DNA from: Moheibacter sp.
Lineage (GTDB): Bacteria > Bacteroidota > Bacteroidia > Flavobacteriales > Weeksellaceae
Length of the DNA stretch: 64,000 nt
Reading direction: 5' to 3'
Assembly: GCA_035515075.1 (NCBI GenBank)
Contig: DATJBZ010000012.1
Coordinates: 2,360-66,359, forward strand
The notes under the pieces were generated by a model, which saw nothing but the letters and a program-made list of their open reading frames with translations, was not told the origin of the DNA and ran no database searches. A program made the translations under genes and the position numbers. Shown here in pieces: positions 1 to 7,199 of this stretch. Position 1 is the first letter of the stretch. Every line of letters begins with the position of its first letter.

Positions 1-1229
1 ATTTAGATGGTTTCCAATACGCAGGCAACCAATTGCAGTTTTTCCCAACAGCAGAAGGCTATGTCAAAGCAACACCTACAGACAGAACCAAAACAAACTA
101 TCATTTTAATTACATCTACAACTATACCGATCATTTGGGCAACGTAAGACTAAGCTACACCTTGGATCCGCAAGCTGGAACGCTACAAATCGTAGATGAG
201 AACCACTACTACCCTTTTGGCTTACGGCACGAAACCCACTACCCATCAGGAAACAAAAAAGACTTTAGAACAAACATAGGAGATGTTGGTTTTGAACCTG
301 TAAATTTGGTATTGGTCACCAGTACAGAATATAATTATAAGTATAATGGATTTGAGTATCAAGATGAGTTGGATTTGAATTGGTACGACTACCAAGCAAG
401 AAACTACGACCCAGCAATTGGTAGATGGATGAACATCGACCCACTGGCAGAAATGAGTAGAAAGACATCGCCTTATGTATATACACTCAACAACCCTGTT
501 TTCTTCATCGACCCAGATGGGATGATGGCAGAAGCAAGTAGTGATAAATCAGGGAGTGACTCTAACAATTCAAGTTCTGGTGAAAATCAGATAAGCTTAG
601 GTATTGCAGGAATAAAATTGGACTTGAATCAAAAAGTAGGTGCTGTTAGCCATGTTAATTATGATGGTGGAAATAGTGGAGATAGTAGCAATGATAAGTC
701 TTCTGAGAAAAATGAAGCAGACTCACCTGCGGAAAGTCCAGATAATGGGGATCCCGAAAAAGAAACACAAAAATCTACAAATTCTGAACGTAATCCTTAT
801 AGCCCACCTCGAGCCGATGGTATTAAGTTTGGAATAGGTTTCTCTTTTAATGGTGTTTTTTTTCGTGGAGATTTCTCATTAGCAATTGCTATTACAGGTG
901 GTGAAATAGGGCTAGTTCCAGAATACTCTGGAGGAATGGGATTAACACTTGCTCTACCTGGAGTAGGGGTAGAAGGTTTTCTTACTCACTATAGTATATC
1001 AGAAGGAGGTAATTTCATGCAATCGATTAGTGGTGAGGCTACCAACACAACTACTAATGCTGTAATTGGCAGCTATACTCATTCTTCTTCTTCAAATGCA
1101 AATGGTTATACTATTGGAATAGGACCAAAAGTTTTTGGCTCAAACTTTGGTTTCAGTCAAACAACGTCTAAATCAGCAGTAATATCAACTTCAGGAATTT
1201 ATGATTTTAATGGTAAGAAGAAAAATTAA
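1..1229 (+). CDS. Rhs/YD-repeat polymorphic toxin, C-terminal end (5' part lies upstream of the window) with a Gly/Ser-rich variable C-terminal domain
   Basis: The reading frame is open from position 3 (LDGFQYAGNQLQFFPTAEGY...). It carries the Rhs core-end signature YDPAIGRWMNIDP...NNPVFFIDPDGMM (ends ~527), followed by an unrelated ~230 aa tail. The core is paralogous to 2618-3156 and 4437-4766. Confidence 0.85.
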   Translation, partial: LDGFQYAGNQLQFFPTAEGYVKATPTDRTKTNYHFNYIYNYTDHLGNVRLSYTLDPQAGTLQIVDENHYYPFGLRHETHYPSGNKKDFRTNIGDVGFEPVNLVLVTSTEYNYKYNGFEYQDELDLNWYDYQARNYDPAIGRWMNIDPLAEMSRKTSPYVYTLNNPVFFIDPDGMMAEASSDKSGSDSNNSSSGENQISLGIAGIKLDLNQKVGAVSHVNYDGGNSGDSSNDKSSEKNEADSPAESPDNGDPEKETQKSTNSERNPYSPPRADGIKFGIGFSFNGVFFRGDFSLAIAITGGEIGLVPEYSGGMGLTLALPGVGVEGFLTHYSISEGGNFMQSISGEATNTTTNAVIGSYTHSSSSNANGYTIGIGPKVFGSNFGFSQTTSKSAVISTSGIYDFNGKKKN

Positions 1230-1239
1230 GTATTTCATC

Positions 1240-1602
1240 ATGATTTTAATAATCTTTCACATCATATCATGTGATCAAGATTGCAATAAGTATAGAGATT
1301 TATTTATTGAGAACGAGTGTAATGTAATTTTATCTAAAGATTATACTGATAATCAACCAGAGTTCATGATTGTAAAAGGAATTAATCCAAATACAAAAGA
1401 AAAATGCAAATGTCAAGATAATGTAAAAAATTGGTATTTTTATAATGGTTATATGGAAAAAGGAGATACTTTAGTAAAAAGGAAAGGGGATGATTTTTAT
1501 AAAATTCATAAAAAAGATACAATCTTTATTATTTATTATGGAGAATGCAATAATTATAATCAGTACGTAAGAATAAACAATAATCCACCAAAAACAAATT
1601 AA
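1240..1602 (+). CDS. small Cys-rich lipoprotein, candidate immunity protein for toxin domain 1
   Basis: The ATG at 1240 lies 11 nt after the rhs stop. Short signal peptide with lipobox-like HIISC. The position directly downstream of an Rhs toxin tip fits an immunity gene. Confidence 0.45.
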   Translation: MILIIFHIISCDQDCNKYRDLFIENECNVILSKDYTDNQPEFMIVKGINPNTKEKCKCQDNVKNWYFYNGYMEKGDTLVKRKGDDFYKIHKKDTIFIIYYGECNNYNQYVRINNNPPKTN

Positions 1603-1607
1603 ATAAT

Positions 1608-2036
1608 ATGAAGAAAGTACCAATAATTTTCTTTTTTTTAATTTTTGTATCATGCAAATTAAATTCAGAAAATGAAAACTTATTAGAAAATAAAAAAGAA
1701 GGAGAAAAAATCATGAATATTTTTTTTAATAATATTGTTTCTAATAATTTCAAGGAGAATAAAAAATTTCTAAGTAAGTCATTTTTAGATTATCCAGGAA
1801 CTAAGCAATTTGAAAAAGATCAAAATCTCATAAAAATAAAATTAGGAAATATAACAAATATTAATTTATTGTATTCAGAAACTACAATTTCAACTAAGAT
1901 AAATTCATTTCCTGAATATATTTATGAATACAATATTGAAAGAGAAAAGAAAAACTCTATAGAAACATATTTTTTGATAAAAGAAAATGACTCATTAAAA
2001 ATTAAAGATTATAAAATAGAATATTTAAACGAATGA
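1608..2036 (+). CDS. small lipoprotein, possible second or orphan immunity protein
   Basis: Signal peptide MKKVPIIFFFLIFVSC (lipobox), very AT-rich, tightly packed after the previous ORF. Confidence 0.4.
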   Translation: MKKVPIIFFFLIFVSCKLNSENENLLENKKEGEKIMNIFFNNIVSNNFKENKKFLSKSFLDYPGTKQFEKDQNLIKIKLGNITNINLLYSETTISTKINSFPEYIYEYNIEREKKNSIETYFLIKENDSLKIKDYKIEYLNE

Positions 2037-2055
2037 AATAGGCAATGCACCCAAC

Positions 2056-2256
2056 TTAGTGACACAGTAAAATCAAGGATGTAACCAATTGATTTTGAGT
2101 AAGGATTAAAACAAAACCAAGAATTATAAGAGCTGGTATTTCCTGCTCTTTGTATTTTTGAATACTTTAAATCGTTTAAAATGGAGAAAAATAAAAGTTC
2201 GTGTATCAGATTGAGGTGTTTTCATTGAAAACAAAACATTCGTTATATTTATCCAT
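2056..2256. repeat. cassette-junction element, copy A (201 bp)
   Basis: Aligns without gaps and at roughly 90% identity by eye with 4102-4302. Both copies sit between an immunity ORF and the next orphan rhs cassette. Confidence 0.85.
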
Positions 2257-2268
2257 TCAATTCAAGAT

Positions 2269-3822
2269 TTGACAACAAGACAATACACATATCAGTTTAT
2301 TCCTACTCACGCAACAGTGAATGGCTCTGATGGCTTCAAAGACGGAAATACCAACCCCAATTTGAATGATTATGAGTACGATGACAATGATTTTCGAGTA
2401 AAAAAGATTGAGAATCTTTTTTGCGAAGAAAGCGAGCGTAGCTCAATGATTTTGGACCGAAAAAAAGGCATCGAAAGCATCACTTACAACCACCTGAACT
2501 TACCTACTAAAGTTAGTTGGTCAAACACTAAATACATTAATTATCAGTACAATGCCGCAGGGCAAAAAGTATCCAAAACAGTTAGAATAGATGCTGATTC
2601 CATCAAAGTTGTAGATTATTTAGATGGGTTTCAATACACAGGGAACCAATTGCAGTTTTTCCCAACAGCAGAAGGCTATGTCAGAGTAAATGCTGATAAA
2701 CTCCAATCATTTCGTACGTATAACTATGTCTATAACCACACCGATCATCTTGGAAACGTACGATTGTCCTACTCCAAAGACCCAAAAACAGGAGAATTGG
2801 AAATTTTGGAAGAAAACCACTACTACCCTTTCGGATTGAAACATGGAGTGTATACGGCTGCTACTTTGAAAGACTTTAGAATAGATGAAATGGGAACAGA
2901 TGCTGTGCCTGGAGGAGGCATGGGAGAGGTTGCTTTGATCAATGTCACTAAAACGGAGTATAATTATAAGTACAATGGGAAGGAGCTTCAAGATGAGTTG
3001 GGGCTTGGGTTGTACGATTATGGATGGAGAAATTACGATCCCGCAATTGGAAGATGGGTCGTTATTGATCCTAAAGCTGAAATAGGGAGACCCTATTCTC
3101 CGTATAATTATGCCTTAAATAATCCTGTTTATTTTATTGATCCTGATGGAATGATGTCTGTAAGTAGCATTCAAGAAATGTGGGATAATACAACATCTTC
3201 AAGCACATGGGTTAATAATGGAGATGGTACTTATGAAGGAGGAGAAAATGAATCGGATTCAGTTGAAAATGGACAATCGGAAGATTGTTGTCCTAATGGA
3301 AAAGGTTTCTTGAAAGGTTTAGCAAATTCTGTTATTGACATAACAATAACAAGTAATCCAATAACAAGTTTAATTGAACAAGGTGGACAATTAATTAATT
3401 CCGATTTTGAACTTATACCTAGATTTAGTGTGGAAGAGGGTGAGCAAGTTGGATATTATGCTGGTATTATTTTATTTGCGATAGTAGAACCTTCGCCTGG
3501 CGGAGAAATAAATGCTATAAAAATATTAATTAAGGGAGGAAAAGCCACTAAAATTACCAAGGCAGTAAATTCTAATTTACAACATGCGATTGACCAAAGT
3601 CTACTTCCTGATAGAAACGTTTTTAAAAATGCAGATGAGGCTAGAACAGCTCTTGAAGCTCTAACAAAACAGGTGGGAACTAATAAACTTCCTGCTGGAA
3701 CAATTATTGACCCTTCTAAAACAGATAGAATATTAGTTCCTGTCGGAAATAACGGTATGGCGGTCTATCAAATAGGTAGTAATGGTACAGCTAAAATAAA
3801 AACAGTATTAGTAGCAAAATAA
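2269..3822 (+). CDS. orphan Rhs C-terminal cassette 2 (about 295 aa of Rhs core tail plus a distinct C-terminal toxin domain)
   Basis: Contains ITYNHLNLP, LDGFQYTGNQLQFFPTAEGY and YDPAIGRWVVIDP...FIDPDGMM (ends 3156), then a unique ~220 aa tail. The only start is TTG; there is no in-frame ATG near the 5' end. Confidence 0.75.
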   Translation: MTTRQYTYQFIPTHATVNGSDGFKDGNTNPNLNDYEYDDNDFRVKKIENLFCEESERSSMILDRKKGIESITYNHLNLPTKVSWSNTKYINYQYNAAGQKVSKTVRIDADSIKVVDYLDGFQYTGNQLQFFPTAEGYVRVNADKLQSFRTYNYVYNHTDHLGNVRLSYSKDPKTGELEILEENHYYPFGLKHGVYTAATLKDFRIDEMGTDAVPGGGMGEVALINVTKTEYNYKYNGKELQDELGLGLYDYGWRNYDPAIGRWVVIDPKAEIGRPYSPYNYALNNPVYFIDPDGMMSVSSIQEMWDNTTSSSTWVNNGDGTYEGGENESDSVENGQSEDCCPNGKGFLKGLANSVIDITITSNPITSLIEQGGQLINSDFELIPRFSVEEGEQVGYYAGIILFAIVEPSPGGEINAIKILIKGGKATKITKAVNSNLQHAIDQSLLPDRNVFKNADEARTALEALTKQVGTNKLPAGTIIDPSKTDRILVPVGNNGMAVYQIGSNGTAKIKTVLVAK

Positions 3823-3827
3823 TATTT

Positions 3828-4079
3828 ATGTCAGAAAAAATAATAACATTAACAAGAGGGGTTGAAATCAATAAAATAACTTTAGAGGAAGATGCTATAG
3901 CACATATAGAGATGAGAGAAGAAAGTATTTTATTAGTTAAAAGAAAAAGCAATAAACATTCTACTTTTAAAAAGCAAGTATGGCTATCTGACTTAATCGA
4001 AAATTACATTGGGCCAAGTATCTATTTAGATTTAGATGAAAAAAATAATTTGATAAGAATTGAAATTTTAGAAGATTAA
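3828..4079 (+). CDS. small cytoplasmic protein, candidate immunity for toxin 2 (DUF2283-like C-terminus)
   Basis: 83 aa, starts 6 nt after the cassette 2 stop. The C-terminal IYLDLDEKNNLIRIEILED resembles the DUF2283 signature as I remember it. Confidence 0.5.
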   Translation: MSEKIITLTRGVEINKITLEEDAIAHIEMREESILLVKRKSNKHSTFKKQVWLSDLIENYIGPSIYLDLDEKNNLIRIEILED

Positions 4080-4101
4080 AGATAATGGTAATGTATCAAA
4101 G

Positions 4102-4302
4102 TTAGTGACGCAATAAAGTCAAGGGTGTAACCAATTGATTTTGAGTAAAAGTTAAAATAAAACCAAGATTTATAAGGGCAGGGATTTCCTACGTTTTGTA
4201 TTTTTGAATGCTTTCAATCGTTTAAAATGGAGAAAAATAAGAGTTCGTGTATCAGAGTGAGATATTTTCATTGAAAACAAAACATTCGTTATATTTATCC
4301 AT
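4102..4302. repeat. cassette-junction element, copy B (201 bp)
   Basis: Paralogue of 2056-2256 in the same position relative to the next orphan cassette. Confidence 0.85.
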
Positions 4303-4305
4303 CTT

Positions 4306-5478
4306 ATGAATGATTTAACAAAACAGCAAAACCACAGCACTACGTGCGCAAATTTCGATTTGGAAATACTCAATTTCCAAAATCTCAGCACTACGTGCGC
4401 AAATTTCGATTTGGAAATACTCAATTTCCAAAATCTCATTTGTCCTTTCGGATTGAAGCATGGGGTGTATACGGCTGCTACTTTGAAAGACTTCAGAATA
4501 GATGAAATGGGAACAGATGCTATTCCTGGAGGAGGCATGAGAGAGGTAGCTTTGATCAATGTCACTAAAACGGAGTATCAGTATAAGTACAACGGTAAAG
4601 AGCTTCAGGATGAGTTGGGGCTTAACATGTATGACATGGACATGAGGCAGTATGACCCTGCCATTGCGAGGTGGGTGGTGCAAGATCCTGTTACGCATTT
4701 TGATTTTTCACCATATAATGCTTTTGACAACGATCCTGTTTTCTGGGCAGATCCAAGTGGAGCAGATGCTACTTCTTTAATACAAGATATTTGGAATAAA
4801 TCTAATGCGAATGAAAATACATTATGGTTAAATAATAATAATGGAACTTTTTTGGGAAGTAATGGAAAATCAGCTGATTGCGACGTTTGCACAACTTCTA
4901 CATCAAAACTGACTCATACTTTTAGTCCTGAAGGGTTCAATTATAAAAATAAAGAAGGGGAAAGAGGAGATGCAAATGACGGTAGTGATATTATAGAGTA
5001 TAAAGTTCAAGTTGTTACTAAAAACGAAAAGGGAATGGTAACATCTTCTGTTCTTATAACATATTTTTTCTCTGTTAATCGAGGTGGTTCTCATGAAAAT
5101 ATAGTTCCAGGAACAATGTATATAATGGGGGTTTATGATCCTGTTAATGTCTCATTTAATATAGATAATCCAGTCACCCCCTATGAGAAAGAATTAGCTG
5201 AATACATATCATATGTATCAAGTTATAGTAAAAAATACAATAGTAGTATTTTAGACGAAATAGCTACATACAATTATTATCTAGAAAAAAATAAAGAAGG
5301 GCCGTATAAAACTCAAGATATGATAAATAAAGTAAGTTCTGCTGCTAAATTGTTCGGTAAGCACGGCAGGATGGTGGGAGGTGCAGGAAATTTTATCAAT
5401 ACGATATTAAAAAACCAAAATCAATCCTCTAATCTTCATGGTGTAAAAGTAGGAATAGTTAATGAAAATAAACTTTAA
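4306..5478 (+). CDS. orphan Rhs C-terminal cassette 3 (short Rhs core tail plus a third distinct toxin domain)
   Basis: ATG start. 4437-4620 is ~90% identical at the DNA level to 2826-3009 (PFGLKHGVYTAATLKDFRIDEMGTD...). Core end is YDPAIARWVVQDP...FWADPSGAD (~4766), followed by a unique ~235 aa tail. Confidence 0.7.
   Translation: MNDLTKQQNHSTTCANFDLEILNFQNLSTTCANFDLEILNFQNLICPFGLKHGVYTAATLKDFRIDEMGTDAIPGGGMREVALINVTKTEYQYKYNGKELQDELGLNMYDMDMRQYDPAIARWVVQDPVTHFDFSPYNAFDNDPVFWADPSGADATSLIQDIWNKSNANENTLWLNNNNGTFLGSNGKSADCDVCTTSTSKLTHTFSPEGFNYKNKEGERGDANDGSDIIEYKVQVVTKNEKGMVTSSVLITYFFSVNRGGSHENIVPGTMYIMGVYDPVNVSFNIDNPVTPYEKELAEYISYVSSYSKKYNSSILDEIATYNYYLEKNKEGPYKTQDMINKVSSAAKLFGKHGRMVGGAGNFINTILKNQNQSSNLHGVKVGIVNENKL
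4335..4436. repeat. perfect 51-bp tandem duplication (2 copies), each copy carrying an 8-bp inverted repeat
   Basis: cagcactacgtgcgcaaatttcgatttggaaatactcaatttccaaaatct occurs twice back to back. Inner hairpin is TTGGAAAT-actca-ATTTCCAA. In frame it gives STTCANFDLEILNFQNL twice. Confidence 0.95.
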
Positions 5479-5483
5479 TAATT

Positions 5484-6026
5484 ATGAAGAAAAGTACAAA
5501 TTTGATAAAGATTTTATGGACAATTCTATTCATTTGCACTCTTTTATTTTTTTATTTTTCCAACGTTAATGATTTATATTTTCAAGAAGATATCATTAAT
5601 TTTGAAAATAGAATAAAGAACATTAAATTTCTATTTTATATAGTAGTTCCATTTATTTACATTATAGTATTGCTATTGATTGATTACAAAGACATTTTTA
5701 AAAAAAATAATTTTGTTTTTTATTTAGTTGTATTTATAATTTTATTTTTTCTATCACATAAATCCATTTTAAATGGATGTTTAATTCTAAATAAAAAATT
5801 TACTACTACAGAAAAAATTGAAAGAAAACATTACTTTAAAATCTATAATGAAAAATTACTATTATATGATCAATTTGCTTACTTAAAAGAATTTAATTTT
5901 CCAGAAAATGTTGATATGATTAAGTTAGAAAAATCTTCATCTTGTTTAGTTATGTTTAAAGTAGGTTATTTTGGCATTCCATTTAACCCTATAATAACTT
6001 CCTTAATACCAAAATCAACAATGTGA
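5484..6026 (+). CDS. polytopic membrane protein, candidate immunity for toxin 3
   Basis: 180 aa, starts 6 nt after the cassette 3 stop. Three to four hydrophobic helices visible (ILWTILFICTLLFFYF, FLFYIVVPFIYIIVLLLI, FVFYLVVFIILFFL). Confidence 0.45.
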   Translation: MKKSTNLIKILWTILFICTLLFFYFSNVNDLYFQEDIINFENRIKNIKFLFYIVVPFIYIIVLLLIDYKDIFKKNNFVFYLVVFIILFFLSHKSILNGCLILNKKFTTTEKIERKHYFKIYNEKLLLYDQFAYLKEFNFPENVDMIKLEKSSSCLVMFKVGYFGIPFNPIITSLIPKSTM

Positions 6027-6193
6027 ATGCGTCGATTGCATACATAGACACAGCCCCAAACCCAGGTAATAATTATTGGAACAATGATTTATTCTCGTTC
6101 AAAATCAATTACAATACGATAGAAAATGAACTCAATGCCAAGACAGAAGCATTGTACAACGGCAACATCGCTCAGACCTTTTGGCGAACAGTA
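6023..6193 (+). pseudogene. Rhs core fragment (about 57 codons) truncated by IS insertion
   Basis: Translates to VNASIAYIDTAPNPGNNYWNNDLFSFKINYNTIENELNAKTEALYNGNIAQTFWRTV*, a YD-repeat-like block (LYNGNI..TFW). It stops at the left end of the IS remnant. Confidence 0.55.
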
Positions 6194-6251
6194 TAATACC
6201 TCGACAAATTAGTACCAGTGTTTAAGTTGAAAATTTTATTAATTTTAAACA

Positions 6252-6440
6252 ATGGAAAACATGAAAAGAACACGCAGGAAATTTAGCAGTGAATTTAAAT
6301 CACAGGTAGCCATAGAGGCTTTAAAAGAACGTTATACACTCACCGAACTAGCACAGAAGTTTGAGCTTCATCCCAATCAGATCAGCCAATGGAAGCAGGA
6401 GTTTTTGGAGCGTAGCAAGAACGTTTCTGGCGTTCCATAA
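6252..6440 (+). pseudogene. IS3-family transposase OrfA N-terminal HTH fragment
   Basis: RRKFSSEFKSQVAIEALKERYTLTELAQKFELHPNQISQWKQEFLE is the typical IS3/IS911-type HTH. The ORF ends prematurely. Confidence 0.7.
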
Positions 6441-6583
6441 AGTATAGACATATCTATTTAAACCCCGCCAACGATGGAATCGAGTTATTCAGAGGAATAA
6501 TGATTTGGATCGATAAGTACAATAATAGAAAACACCAAGGAACAGGTCAAAAACCTATTTCAAGATACCAAAAAGCAGCATAA
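6440..6583 (+). pseudogene. IS3-family transposase OrfB (integrase core) C-terminal fragment
   Basis: KYRHIYLNPANDGIELFRGIMIWIDKYNNRKHQGTGQKPISRYQKAA* matches the usual rve C-terminal tail (W...YN..R.H..L.g.tP). It lies in a different frame from the orfA piece. Confidence 0.55.
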
Positions 6584-7043
6584 ATGTCAATTAAGAAAAA
6601 CTTATTACTGGTCTAAGAAATCGAGGTAGTATAGAGTTTCCATCATGATCATTCAAGAATTTCAAAAGAAAAATTAAAAATTATGGATGAAATTCTGAAA
6701 TTATTATTAAATGAATTAGAAATTTCAGTGAACTTCATTGAGCTAAACTAAACCTAATGAATCCATCAAAAGTCAATTATGTGAATGGCTTTTTTCTCTA
6801 AATATATTTAGTGAAACAAGCGTCCATGATATCCATATAAAAAATCTCTCTTGACGATGTGTTGGGATTTCTTCGTCAGAAGAGATTGGAGATTAACAAG
6901 GAAGAGGTTGAATTCATTATGGGAATTTCTCCAATTCACCGAATGCATACTCCATAGATAGTGCTTAGATACTCCGTAGATAGTGTTTGTCAATAGTTGG
7001 CTTGTAGTCCACAACCAATGTGCTTGATGCAATTTTCATTCCA

Positions 7044-7077
7044 TAAAAAAAGGAGATTCTTGTTGAAGAATCTCCTT
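7044..7077 (-). terminator. rho-independent terminator downstream of tRNA-fMet
   Basis: Perfect 12-bp stem AAGGAGATTCTT/AAGAATCTCCTT followed on the minus strand by a T7 run. Confidence 0.65.
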
Positions 7078-7083
7078 ACTTAG

Positions 7084-7156
<73 letters not shown>

Positions 7157-7199
7157 ATTTGGACTGCAAATATAGAAACAATATTTTAAACCACCAAAC

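Larger units (their letters stand above)
6192..6633 (+). mobile_element. internally deleted IS3-family insertion sequence (~440 bp remnant)
   Basis: Imperfect terminal inverted repeats: TATAaTACCTCGAcaaaTTAGtACCAGT at 6192 versus the reverse complement of 6607-6633 (TATAcTACCTCGAtttcTTAGaCCAGT). It contains only the N-terminus of orfA and the last ~47 codons of orfB. Confidence 0.7.

Noticed and set aside
2181-2228. 15-codon mini-ORF inside the junction element as a bona fide leader peptide
   Set aside because: It is kept only as a remark within the junction-element finding. The two copies differ by two synonymous and two non-synonymous changes, which is no better than the element's background divergence, so there is no coding signal.
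4335-4436. Possible CRISPR array
   Set aside because: There are only two directly abutting identical 51-bp units, with no spacers and no cas genes in the window. It is a tandem duplication, not a CRISPR.
4170-4698. Minus-strand ORFs of 131 and 127 aa across the junction element and cassette 3, including a repeated RFWKLSISKSKFAHVVL
   Set aside because: The internal repeat is just the 51-bp tandem duplication read on the other strand. The ORFs are antisense to the Rhs-homologous coding sequence and run through the conserved non-coding element.
6808-7032. 74-aa minus-strand ORF, and a plus-strand HTH-like peptide (…LGFLRQKRLEINKEEVEFIMGIS…), between the IS remnant and the tRNA
   Set aside because: No recognisable domain, no sensible start context, and a location in a degenerate AT-rich scar region. 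The HTH resemblance is too weak and the frame closes after ~35 codons.
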